A stretch of 64,000 nt of DNA from Vulcanimicrobiota bacterium (GTDB taxonomy: Bacteria; Vulcanimicrobiota; Xenobia; Xenobiales; JADMJV01): NCBI GenBank assembly GCA_050250895.1, contig JBFWNU010000010.1, positions 96,001 to 160,000 on the forward strand, given 5' to 3'. Position 1 is the stretch's first letter. Every line of letters starts with the position of its first letter. Position numbers and translations under genes: made by a program. The notes beneath the pieces are model-generated. The model did not search any database, had not been told where the DNA came from, and saw only the letters and a program-made list of their open reading frames with translations. Shown one piece after another: positions 27,942 through 36,694 of this stretch.

Positions 27942-29126
27942 ATGTCGTCATCGCTCTCGGGACTTTCCCATTCACTGCAACAACTCTCTCACCAGGAACT
28001 CCATCAGAGAAACCGCCAGGCCAGCCAGCGCTCCTTTGGCTGTGAATGGGAACTGGCCGCCCACCTTTTGGCCACCGAGCGCAGCGGTCTTTATCGCCAA
28101 ATGGGCAGCGGCAGTACCGTCGGCTACGCCATTACCCACCTGAATCTGCATCCTCAGAAGGCCGGCGAACTCCTCAGCCTGGCCAGGGTCTTCGAGCAAT
28201 TGCCACTGATCTCGGAGGCCTTTCGCGAGGGGAGACTCTGCTGGAGCAAAGCCCGCGCTCTCAAGCGGATCACCACTCCTGAGAACGAGGCCGAGATGCT
28301 CGAGTTTGCCTTAAGGAACAAAGCCCAGGCAGTCGAGCGTGCGGTGGCTCTGACGCCCACCCAGCATAAGCGTGGTCAGGCCCTGAAAGCCTCGCTCGAA
28401 GCTCGCCAAAGTCAGCCCGAGTTGACCTTGGCCGAGCAACCGAAGCCAGTGCAAGAGCCAGCGCCGCGCCCGGTTCCGGAGGCTCCGAAGTTGAGACAGG
28501 TCACTCTGCTGATGACCCCCGAGCAGTATGCCGTCTACGAGCAGGCCAAGAGAATGGTCGAGGCTCGCCGGGGCAAACGAGTCAGCAAAGAGACGGCCGT
28601 GGCCGAAATGAGCCGGGCTCTGCTCGCCTCGGCCGACAACCGAAGCAAGGTGCGCCATCAGGTCATCGTGCATGTGAATGGTGTCACGGGCGAAGGCTTC
28701 TATGACACCGGCCGAGGTTTGTTGCCGGCCGAGCCTGCCGCCGTCGACGAGGCGATGAAGCAAACCGGCATCGTGGTGGCCGCCGCCCCGACCGATCTTC
28801 CAGCTGGAAGTACTCAGGCCGAACCGTTGCCGCTCCTGCCGAGCCAGTCTAAGGGCCGGCCGGGCCTACCGGTGGGTTTGGTGCGAGCGGTATACGCCCG
28901 CGCCTTCGGCCGCTGCGAGCGGTGCTCGTGCGCTGGCGGCAATCTGGTGGTGCACCACGTACGGGCCTGGTCAGACACTCGGCAACATCGGCTGGAAGAC
29001 TTGGAGCTGTTGTGCCCAGGTTGCCACGCTGTCGAGCATGAAAAGGACTTCGCGAACCGGCCCGAGTGGAGAGGCGCGCGGGATGCATCCGTGCGTCGTC
29101 GGCGCAAGAGATCCGGCTCGGGCTGA
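27942..29126 (+). CDS. HNH endonuclease with a DUF222-like N-terminal region
   Basis: GGAGG RBS at 27931; LPLISEAFREGRLCWSKAR helical motif; C-terminal CERC...VHHVRAWS...LELLCPGCHAVEH. Confidence 0.85.
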   Translation: MSSSLSGLSHSLQQLSHQELHQRNRQASQRSFGCEWELAAHLLATERSGLYRQMGSGSTVGYAITHLNLHPQKAGELLSLARVFEQLPLISEAFREGRLCWSKARALKRITTPENEAEMLEFALRNKAQAVERAVALTPTQHKRGQALKASLEARQSQPELTLAEQPKPVQEPAPRPVPEAPKLRQVTLLMTPEQYAVYEQAKRMVEARRGKRVSKETAVAEMSRALLASADNRSKVRHQVIVHVNGVTGEGFYDTGRGLLPAEPAAVDEAMKQTGIVVAAAPTDLPAGSTQAEPLPLLPSQSKGRPGLPVGLVRAVYARAFGRCERCSCAGGNLVVHHVRAWSDTRQHRLEDLELLCPGCHAVEHEKDFANRPEWRGARDASVRRRRKRSGSG

Positions 29127-29136
29127 CCCAGAAAAT

Positions 29137-29163
29137 CTCATCGGCCCGGGTGGGGCCGATGAG
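29137..29163 (-). terminator. Hairpin between the HNH gene and the convergent small ORF
   Basis: CTCATCGGCCC-GGGTG-GGGCCGATGAG; followed by ATTTTCT on the minus strand. Confidence 0.7.
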
Positions 29164-29170
29164 TCGCACT

Positions 29171-29242
29171 TTAGATGAAGAGATCGGCGGGGTCGAGCTC
29201 TTCGGTGTCATCGGGCTCAGGCCCGGGATAGCGGTCGTTCAT
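29171..29242 (-). CDS. Candidate 23-aa acidic peptide MNDRYPGPEPDDTEELDPADLFI
   Basis: GGAGGA 7 nt upstream of the ATG; TATCAT -10-like element upstream; hairpin terminator just downstream. Confidence 0.5.
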   Translation of the reverse strand: MNDRYPGPEPDDTEELDPADLFI

Positions 29243-29360
29243 TGGTTAGTCCTCCACACCGCCCATGATAAAGCCCGTCAGCACTGGTTTCCATGACCCG
29301 GACGGGTGAGATTGTGATCCAGATCATCGAATTTGCGCCAGAAGTGGGCTACAGTCTAGG

Positions 29361-29479
29361 AGTGACCAGAGAGGCTTCGGAGCCACCAGCCGCCCGCTGA
29401 CCGTTAGGCAGCCACGAGCAGGTCGAGCCCCACCGAAGCGAGCCGGAGATACAGCCCGCAAACCCGGCAGCTGGTCACT
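29361..29479 (+). ncRNA. Candidate ~119-nt structured RNA, family not recognised
   Basis: Ends pair (AGTGACCAG/CTGGTCACT); internal GCTTCGG/CCGAAGC and GCCGG/CCGGC stems; TACAGT at 29350-29355. Confidence 0.4.
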
Positions 29480-29485
29480 CCCACT

Positions 29486-30298
29486 TTAACCCGCGTAAAG
29501 ACTGAAGCTCAGCTGTTGCTGTTCGTTGGTCAGTCGGCCACTGACCACTCCCTTGGCGAAATCGAGGTGATAGCTGCGATCGTCTGACTGGGCAGACTTG
29601 CCAGAGGCCACCTCGAACGAGCGCTGGGTGCGCTGGCCGTCGAAGGCCTCGGTTTCATTGGCCGCTTCGCGTTGTTTCATCTCGATGCGGCTGCCGCCTT
29701 CGCGCAGGTTGGTCGAGACGGTCCAGGTGGTGGTGGTCCAATTCTGCTCACGCAACAGGTGATGGCCGGCGCAGTCGGCCTCGATGGTCGTGCGGTCGGT
29801 GGTCTGTAGCGGCCGGCTGGCGGTGGGAGCGTCGCCGGGCAGGCCGTTCACGCGGGCCGGAGCCCCACCGAACGTGGGGGTCACCGACAGCGCGAAGGGC
29901 ATGACGTAGACGGTCTTGCCCGCCTCGGCCAGCTCGGGAGTCATCTCGATGTCGACTTCCTGGCGATAGGTGGTGACCTGGGCGGCCACCGGGTAGGAGC
30001 CGATGTGGCCCTGGAGCCTGGCCATGGAGCGCTCGGAGGCGGTTCCGGCCTGGCCGAAGATCAGGTTGTCTTTCTCGCGCAAGGGCGGGCGAACGACCTT
30101 GTCGATGGAGATGTCGACAGCCTCGCCGGCATAGCTTCCATTGACCTTGACCCGGCCGTCTTCGGCCCGCTCGAACTTGAGCGAGACGCTGTCGGGAGTG
30201 GCCGGGTTGCCGTCGTCAAGCGAGCCCTCCAGGCGCAGCGACTCGGGCTTGCCCTGGTTCTTCTGGTATTGCAGATAGGCTCCGACGGTGCGTCCCAC
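29486..30298 (-). CDS. Hypothetical protein; 5' end possibly frameshifted
   Basis: 270-aa ORF with coding-like codon usage; the best-supported start (GTG 30333) is out of frame. Confidence 0.6.
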   Translation of the reverse strand: MGRTVGAYLQYQKNQGKPESLRLEGSLDDGNPATPDSVSLKFERAEDGRVKVNGSYAGEAVDISIDKVVRPPLREKDNLIFGQAGTASERSMARLQGHIGSYPVAAQVTTYRQEVDIEMTPELAEAGKTVYVMPFALSVTPTFGGAPARVNGLPGDAPTASRPLQTTDRTTIEADCAGHHLLREQNWTTTTWTVSTNLREGGSRIEMKQREAANETEAFDGQRTQRSFEVASGKSAQSDDRSYHLDFAKGVVSGRLTNEQQQLSFSLYAG

Positions 30299-30428
30299 GG
30301 TCGGGTCAAAAGCGGAAAGAGCTGAGCGTTCACGCTCACACCCTAGCTGGCTCAGCCCGAGAGGATGTTAATACAGGGTGAACGTGTAGCACAGCGGGAA
30401 CCCTTCGGTCGGTCCAGAACTCCCCTGG

Positions 30429-33350
30429 ATGGAAATTCCGGTAGCGCTGACCCGAATCACCCTGCCTCCGGTGGCGGCCGAGTTGGTGCGCTACCAGTTG
30501 CTGCCGCTGATTGGCACCAGGCGACTGACGGCGGTGGTGGCCGGGCCGGGCTACGGCAAGAGCACGCTGGTCTGTGCCTGGGCCCACGAGCAGAAGCAGC
30601 CGGTGGCTTACCACGTGCTGTTCGGAGCCACCGAAGACGCGGTGGGCCTGATCGACCACCTGAGCTGGGCCGCCCGCCAGGTGCGACCGGAAACGCCCGA
30701 ACCCGAAGGAACCGGCTGGCGGGCTCGGGCCGATCGGCTCATCAACGGCCTGGGCAGCGGCCAGTTCTGGTTCGTCATCGACGACATGCACCAGCTCAAA
30801 GCTGTCGAGGCCCTCGATTATTTGCTGAAATTCACGCCTCCCAACGTCGGCTTCGTGCTCTCGGGCCGCGATCTGGGTGGGCTCGAGTGGGAGGGGCGAG
30901 TGCTGGCCGGCGAAGCGGCCACCATCTCGGCCAGCCAGCTGGCGCTCAGTCTTGATGAGTTAGAGGAGCTGGTCGAACCCGAGCTGGTAAGAGCCTTGCA
31001 TGAGGCCACCGGGGGTTGGCCCATGGCCTGCCACTATCTGGCCTCGCGCATGGGACAGGCCGATTGGCTGCAACACAAACAGAGCTTGCAGGAACGGCTG
31101 TCCGAGGTGGTGTGGGATAACCTCGACGAAGAGTTGCAACGCTTTCTCACCCTGACCTCATCGCTCGATTTTCTCGAGGCCGAGGCTTGCCGGCTGGTGA
31201 CTGGGCGCGAAGACGCTCCTCGTATTTTGCGGCGGCTGGCTACCGAGGGGGTGTTCATCCAGCCCTGGGGCGAGGGGCGCTATCGCATCCATCCCATGTT
31301 TCGCGAGTTTCTCAACGATCGTTTGTGCCGCCATCCCCAATTGATGCGCCAGGCCTTTCTGGCCGCCTCGCAATGGCTGATGGAGCAGGGGAGGGCGCTC
31401 GAGGCCGTTCCCTATCTGGCCGAATCCAACCAGCCCCAGGAGGCGGCCCGGTTGCTCAAAGAGGCGGCGCCGAATCTGCTCTCGCAGGGTCGTCACTCGG
31501 TGCTGGTCGAGCTGGCCCGGCCGCTGGCTCCTGATACCGACCGCGAGCTGTTGCTCTATCTGGCCGACGCTCACCGCCACGATAACTCGTATAGCCAGGC
31601 CCTGGCGCTTTATCACCGGGCGGTCGACCTGGCTCGCCAGCAAGAGGACCTCGAGTTCGAGGCCGACGCTCTCACCGGCATGGCCCGCATCTTCATCGAC
31701 ACCGTGCGCCCGAGCCAGGCGGCCGAGTATCTGCGCCAGGCCTATCGCGTCTTGCCCCAGCGGGCCAACGACAAACGGGCCGAAGTATTGCGCCTGCTGG
31801 CCGAGAACTCGATCAACCAGGGACGCTCGCGGGCGGCCCAGCGCTATTCGCGCTGGGCCGACAATCTGGGCGGGCAGCCCGGCGGGCCCCGCATGGAGGC
31901 TCGGTTGCTATTGCGCACCGGCAAGCTACGCCAGGCCCGAGCGGCCATCACCGAGGCCCTCCACGCTGGCGGGGCCCATCCCGCTTCGGCCCATCGCGAG
32001 GCGCGACTCGTGCTGGCCTATCTGGCCGCCCTCGAGGGGGAGAGTGAGCGAGCCGAGCAACTAGCCCGCGAGGGGTTCGAAGAGGCCCAGAAAAAGGACT
32101 CGTCGCTGACCCAGGCGGTTGCCCTGATGCGTTTGGGCCACGCCCTCCAATTGCAACCCGATCGCAATCCTGAAGAGGTCCACCGTTGTTATCAAGAAGC
32201 CGTGCAACTGGCCTCGGAGGCGGGTGTTGCGCGCACCCGGGCCGAGGCGCTGATGGGCCAGGCGCTTTTCCTGACCGCCCTGGGACAGTCCAGCCAGGCC
32301 CGCCATCTGGCCGAAGAAGGGCTGGCCATCACGCGCGAGGCAGGGGATGGCTGGCTCTCGGCCTGGTTGCTCATGACGGCGGCCATCGCCTCGGGTAAGG
32401 TCGAGCAGTTCGAACTGGCCCGGCGCGAGATGGACCAGTGCCGCGACGCCTTCGGCCAGGCGGTCGCCGGTCTGTGGTTGGCCACCCTCAACAAGTCGGA
32501 TCTCGATCTCACCCGCCGCTTGTTGCACGAGCGCGGCTACGCCTTCTTGCTCGAGCGTCCCACTCTGTTCGGGCCCCGCCAGCCGGGCTCCCCGGCCGAA
32601 GCCAGGCTGCGGGTGGTGGCCTTTGGCCCCATGCGCGTCTTTCGCGACGGAGAAGAACTGGAGGGACGTCACTTTAAGCGCCGCAAAGCCCGCGAGTTGC
32701 TGGCCCTGTTTTTGTCGCAACCTAACCAGCCCTGTCGCCGCGACCAGTTGATGGAAACGCTCTGGCCCGACTCTGACCCCAAGGCCGCCGCTCGCGATTT
32801 TCGGGTAGCCCTGCACGCTCTTTCTCAGGCTCTTGACCCCGACCGGCCCAAGAATACCATCGCTCGCTTCATCGAGCGTCGCGAAGAGGTCTACACTTTC
32901 GTGCTCGACGGCGAGATCCACTACGACGTGGCCGAGTTCGAGCGGCTCATCGACACGGGAGCCCAGAGCCCCGACCCGATGCCCTTCTGGCGCCGGGCCA
33001 TCAGTCTCTATCACGGCGACTTCCTTGAGGATTACGCCTACGAGGATTGGCCGGTAGCCCTGCGCGAGAGGCTACGCCTGCAATACCTCGAGACGGCCGA
33101 GCGAGTGGTGGAGGGCTATCTCGACGAGGGCGAGACCGACAAGGCGGTCGAGCTGGCTCACACCATGATCAGCCACGATCGGTGTTGGGAAGAGGCCTAC
33201 CGTCTGCTGCTGCGGGCCTATCTCGATACCGACCGGGGCACCCTGGCCGCCCGCGTCTATCGCCAGTGCGTGGACGCTCTCGAAGACGAACTCGGCGTGC
33301 CTCCCTCAGAAGAAACCGAAGCCCTGGCCGCTCGCATCGCCCACCGCTAG
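30429..33350 (+). CDS. MalT-like ATPase-TPR transcriptional activator with C-terminal winged helix and BTAD (SARP-type) domain
   Basis: Walker A GPGYGKST; IDD Walker B; TGGWP and YRIHPMFREFL; KARELLALF; LYHGDFL; DRCWEEAYRLL...ELGVPPS. Confidence 0.9.
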   Translation: MEIPVALTRITLPPVAAELVRYQLLPLIGTRRLTAVVAGPGYGKSTLVCAWAHEQKQPVAYHVLFGATEDAVGLIDHLSWAARQVRPETPEPEGTGWRARADRLINGLGSGQFWFVIDDMHQLKAVEALDYLLKFTPPNVGFVLSGRDLGGLEWEGRVLAGEAATISASQLALSLDELEELVEPELVRALHEATGGWPMACHYLASRMGQADWLQHKQSLQERLSEVVWDNLDEELQRFLTLTSSLDFLEAEACRLVTGREDAPRILRRLATEGVFIQPWGEGRYRIHPMFREFLNDRLCRHPQLMRQAFLAASQWLMEQGRALEAVPYLAESNQPQEAARLLKEAAPNLLSQGRHSVLVELARPLAPDTDRELLLYLADAHRHDNSYSQALALYHRAVDLARQQEDLEFEADALTGMARIFIDTVRPSQAAEYLRQAYRVLPQRANDKRAEVLRLLAENSINQGRSRAAQRYSRWADNLGGQPGGPRMEARLLLRTGKLRQARAAITEALHAGGAHPASAHREARLVLAYLAALEGESERAEQLAREGFEEAQKKDSSLTQAVALMRLGHALQLQPDRNPEEVHRCYQEAVQLASEAGVARTRAEALMGQALFLTALGQSSQARHLAEEGLAITREAGDGWLSAWLLMTAAIASGKVEQFELARREMDQCRDAFGQAVAGLWLATLNKSDLDLTRRLLHERGYAFLLERPTLFGPRQPGSPAEARLRVVAFGPMRVFRDGEELEGRHFKRRKARELLALFLSQPNQPCRRDQLMETLWPDSDPKAAARDFRVALHALSQALDPDRPKNTIARFIERREEVYTFVLDGEIHYDVAEFERLIDTGAQSPDPMPFWRRAISLYHGDFLEDYAYEDWPVALRERLRLQYLETAERVVEGYLDEGETDKAVELAHTMISHDRCWEEAYRLLLRAYLDTDRGTLAARVYRQCVDALEDELGVPPSEETEALAARIAHR

Positions 33351-33356
33351 GCCGGC

Positions 33357-33373
33357 TGCAACCGCGCTGCAAC
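33357..33373 (+). promoter_or_regulatory. Direct repeat TGCAAC-N5-TGCAAC upstream of phaC
   Basis: TGCAAC at 33357 and 33368; TAGGGT 10 nt further downstream (33384). Confidence 0.65.
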
Positions 33374-33395
33374 CAGGCCCGGATAGGGTGTGGCC

Positions 33396-34436
33396 GTGAT
33401 GAAGACGCAACCACAACCCAAGCGCTGGCTACGTTGGCACAGCATCCTCAACGGCAAGGCCACGACCGAGATCGGTCGCACCCCCCGCGAGCTTGTCTAC
33501 CAGCGCGACCTGCTCAAAGTGTATCGCTACCACCGGGATACTCCGGCCACCCAGGGACCGCCGATCCTGCTGGTTTACTCCCTGGTCAATACCCCGGCCG
33601 TTCTCGACCTGCTTCCCGGTCGTAGCGTCGTCGAGCGGTTGCTGGCCTCAGGTTATGAGGTCTATCTGCTCGACTGGGGCATCCCCAGCGCGCTGGATTA
33701 CTTCGCCGGCCTCGAGACCTACGTCGACCTCTATCTTCGCACCGTGGTTCGCCAGGTGTGCAAGCTGGCCGGCGTCAAACAGGTCAACCTGCTGGGTTAC
33801 TGTATGGGGGGCACGCTGGCGGCCATCTACACCTCGCGCCACCCGCGCCGGGTGAAGACCCTGACCCTGCTGGGCACCCCTCTGCGTTTTCGCTCCGAGA
33901 AGCTGCTCTATCGCTGGTCGAGCGACCCCAACATGTGCAAGCCCGGCCCGCTGGTCGAGGCCTGGGCTGTGGCTCCGCCCTGGTCCTTTGACGGCTATAC
34001 CTTGCTCACCCTCGACCGCAAGCCCGAGGTGCTCAAAAGCCTCTACGACCAGATCGACAACGAAGAGTTCGTCGAGAGCTACAAAGCCATGGAGCGCTGG
34101 GTCAAAGACAACATCCCGATGGCCGCCTCGCTCTATCGTGAGTTTCTCGAGGCCTGCTTTCTCAACGACGAGCTGCTCGAAGGCAAGATGGACATCGGCG
34201 GCAAGACCGTGGACCTGTCCACCATCAAGTGCCCGGTGCTCATCATCAACGGCTCGACCGATCATCTGGTCCCGCCCGAGACCACCGGCTCGAGGGAAGG
34301 CGTCTTCGCCGACCAGACCGTGATCGAGTTCCCCACCGGCCACATCGGACTGTCGGTTAGCAGCAAGTCGCATCGCTCGCTCTGGCCTCAAGTTACCGAG
34401 TGGATGTGCAACCAGACCGCAACAACCAGGAATTAA
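33396..34436 (+). CDS. phaC: Polyhydroxyalkanoate synthase catalytic subunit (class III/IV size)
   Basis: PILLVYSLVN...LDL, YLLDWG, lipase-box-like GYCMGG, Asp in GSTDHLV and His in GHIG. Confidence 0.85.
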   Translation: MMKTQPQPKRWLRWHSILNGKATTEIGRTPRELVYQRDLLKVYRYHRDTPATQGPPILLVYSLVNTPAVLDLLPGRSVVERLLASGYEVYLLDWGIPSALDYFAGLETYVDLYLRTVVRQVCKLAGVKQVNLLGYCMGGTLAAIYTSRHPRRVKTLTLLGTPLRFRSEKLLYRWSSDPNMCKPGPLVEAWAVAPPWSFDGYTLLTLDRKPEVLKSLYDQIDNEEFVESYKAMERWVKDNIPMAASLYREFLEACFLNDELLEGKMDIGGKTVDLSTIKCPVLIINGSTDHLVPPETTGSREGVFADQTVIEFPTGHIGLSVSSKSHRSLWPQVTEWMCNQTATTRN

Positions 34437-34462
34437 CTTAGTTCGCAAGGAGACACAAGACG

Positions 34463-34897
34463 ATGACCAACGGCAACACCGCTACCCCAATTCAAGAGAT
34501 GGCCAGTGACTGGCAGCAAATGATGTTCGATACCTGGCAGGTTTGGACCAAAGCCATGGTCGAGTCCGAAGCCTTCAGCACCACCTCGGCCGCCATGCTC
34601 GACTGGAATCTGGCCGCCCAGAAACAGATGCGCGAGCTCTCGGGCCAGTATATGGAAGCTCTCGAGATTCCCCGTCGTTCGGACCTGGCCCGGGTTTCGG
34701 CCCAGATCATGGCCGTCGAGCAACGCCTGGCCGACAGCGAAGACGAGCGCGACGAGATGAAAGACACTCTCGACGACATCAAGAGCCTTTTGAAGGGCCT
34801 GGCTGCTGAAGTCGCCAGCCTCAAGAAAAATCAAACCACGGAGAAGGCGGCTACCCCCGCTAAGCCCAAAGCGAGCAAAAAGAGGAGCACCAAGTAA
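34463..34897 (+). CDS. PHA synthase accessory subunit (PhaR/PhaE-like)
   Basis: LEIPRRSDLARVSAQIMAVEQRL motif followed by a coiled coil and Lys/Ala tail; directly after phaC. Confidence 0.7.
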   Translation: MTNGNTATPIQEMASDWQQMMFDTWQVWTKAMVESEAFSTTSAAMLDWNLAAQKQMRELSGQYMEALEIPRRSDLARVSAQIMAVEQRLADSEDERDEMKDTLDDIKSLLKGLAAEVASLKKNQTTEKAATPAKPKASKKRSTK

Positions 34898-35209
34898 ATG
34901 AACACCGCTACAAACGTTACCAATATCATGGTCGACAGCTGGCTCGAGACCGTGAAAACCGCCGCCGCCGGTCAGGAAATGGCCGAGCGCGTGGTAGACT
35001 CCTGGCTAACTCAGAATCAGGCCTATCGCGCCGAGATTCAGAAAACTGCAGCGCAGATGGTCCAGGTGGCCAAAGCCAACCAGGCCACCTTTCAAAAGCT
35101 GATGAACGCTGCCTGGGAGCGCTCGGTCGACACCGTTCGCAAAGCCCAGGACCTCCACATGGAAGAGATGCACAGACAGGCTGCCCACTGGGCCCAGGCC
35201 GGAAATTAG
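34898..35209 (+). CDS. Phasin-like helical protein
   Basis: Small Ala/Gln-rich amphipathic helical protein, last gene of the pha operon; assignment is mostly from context. Confidence 0.55.
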   Translation: MNTATNVTNIMVDSWLETVKTAAAGQEMAERVVDSWLTQNQAYRAEIQKTAAQMVQVAKANQATFQKLMNAAWERSVDTVRKAQDLHMEEMHRQAAHWAQAGN

Positions 35210-35232
35210 TATTCTCTTCACCTTCCTCAGTT

Positions 35233-35257
35233 GACGCGCCTTCGGGCGCGTCTTTTT
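35233..35257 (+). terminator. Intrinsic terminator of the pha operon
   Basis: GACGCGCC-TTCG-GGCGCGTC followed by TTTTT. Confidence 0.9.
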
Positions 35258-35296
35258 GTTATTCCATCGGGCTCGAGGGTGTCAAATTCACTTCTT

Positions 35297-35313
35297 TGCA
35301 ACAAGTTTGTGAC
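35297..35313 (+). promoter_or_regulatory. Direct repeat TGCAAC-N5-TGTGAC upstream of the lipase-like gene
   Basis: TGCAAC at 35297, TGTGAC at 35308; TAGTCT 10 nt further downstream (35324). Confidence 0.55.
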
Positions 35314-35335
35314 TCCCACTTGATAGTCTCTGGCC

Positions 35336-36694
35336 ATGCGGATCACGCCCTTCCATTCTCCCGCTCACCGCATCCCCTTTAGCCAGATCAAAGAGCTGGT
35401 TTCGAGTGGCGATGCCCCAGCCAGTCCCGACAAGGTCAGTCTGTCGCCGGCGATCGCCGGGGGCGAGACCCAGGGAGCCCACGGCGGCTGGGCCCGCACC
35501 GACTTGTTGGTGGATGACGACCCCCATTTCGGGCAACAAAACTTTCACCCGCGCCAAAAGCATCGTGATCCCGATATCATCAAGGCTTTCGGCACCGACA
35601 CTCCCGATTCGGGCAAGGTGTTGCTGCACTATGCCGGCGCGCCTCCCAAAGGCGCCAAGAAGCACCCCTACCCGGTTCTGCTGGTGCACGGGGCTACCAA
35701 AAACGGCAACTTTTTTTGGGACCCGCACGAGAACGGCACCAACGACGGCCCGGCCCAGCGCCTGCGCGACGAGGGGTTCGAGGTCTATGCCGTCACTTTT
35801 GCCCACAATCAAGACGACAATTTCCTGTGGGCCGAGCAAGTGGCCAACGCTATCACCCGCATCAAAGAAGAGACCGGCGCCGAGAAGATCGACCTGGTCG
35901 GCCACAGCAAAGGTGGCATGCCGGTGCGGATGTATGCCTCGGACGTGCATGAACCGTGGATGACCCCGTTTCGCCACGACGTGCATCGCCTGGTGCTCAT
36001 TGGCGCGCCCAACGGCGGCATCGATTACTCCTTCCGCCACCCGTCAGCCAACTACGCGCTCTACAAGGATTCAGACGATCCCAGGCTCAATGCCCCCATG
36101 TCGTGGAACCACATCGTGGCCTGGGGTCGCCGTCGCGACACCAGCGACCTCGGCTTTAGCAAAGAGGGCCCCGACTATTGGCCGGGTCAACGCCAGATGC
36201 TGGCCCGCTGGAACGATCGCTTTCCCCTTTCGCCCATCGAGCCCGATTGGTATACCACCTACAACGGCGGCACCGGCCTGATGAGTTCGTCCGACGGGAT
36301 CGACAAGTTTATCGAAGAAGGCGGCAACCTGATCGAGCGCCTCAATAACACGCCGATTTCGCCCGATGTCGAGGTGGCCGTGCTGGCCGGCGACAAAGCC
36401 AACATTCCCGGGGTACTCAACGAGTATACCGGTCCCAGTGACGGCATCGTGTTTGTCGAGAGCGTGCTCAAACTGCCCGAAGGCAGCAACGTGGTCGAGC
36501 GCGAGGTCAAGCACCTGCACCACAAAGCCCTGGTTTCTGAGCCAGAGGGTCAAGATTGGCTGGTGGATGTGCTCAGCCGCGACAAGTTCGAAAAGCCGGC
36601 CGCCACCACCGAAGACCTCTTGTCAGCTTCGATGGCCGATTTCGAGGCCGACAAGGATCAAGTCGCGGCTCCCTCGGTCTTGACCCAGTTCTAG
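35336..36694 (+). CDS. Lipase/esterase-like alpha/beta hydrolase
   Basis: PVLLVHG, nucleophile elbow LVGHSKGG, IGAPNGG, SDGIV and a C-terminal His. Confidence 0.85.
   Translation: MRITPFHSPAHRIPFSQIKELVSSGDAPASPDKVSLSPAIAGGETQGAHGGWARTDLLVDDDPHFGQQNFHPRQKHRDPDIIKAFGTDTPDSGKVLLHYAGAPPKGAKKHPYPVLLVHGATKNGNFFWDPHENGTNDGPAQRLRDEGFEVYAVTFAHNQDDNFLWAEQVANAITRIKEETGAEKIDLVGHSKGGMPVRMYASDVHEPWMTPFRHDVHRLVLIGAPNGGIDYSFRHPSANYALYKDSDDPRLNAPMSWNHIVAWGRRRDTSDLGFSKEGPDYWPGQRQMLARWNDRFPLSPIEPDWYTTYNGGTGLMSSSDGIDKFIEEGGNLIERLNNTPISPDVEVAVLAGDKANIPGVLNEYTGPSDGIVFVESVLKLPEGSNVVEREVKHLHHKALVSEPEGQDWLVDVLSRDKFEKPAATTEDLLSASMADFEADKDQVAAPSVLTQF

Noticed and set aside
27942-29126. IscB/Cas9-like RNA-guided nuclease
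   Set aside because: No PLMP N-terminus or split RuvC motifs are visible; only a C-terminal HNH domain is present.
29361-29479. 5S rRNA, SRP RNA or tRNA
   Set aside because: The length fits 5S, but the conserved CCGAAC loop, the SRP CAGG-N-GGAA-N-AGCAG motif and the TTCGA/CCA tRNA features are absent.
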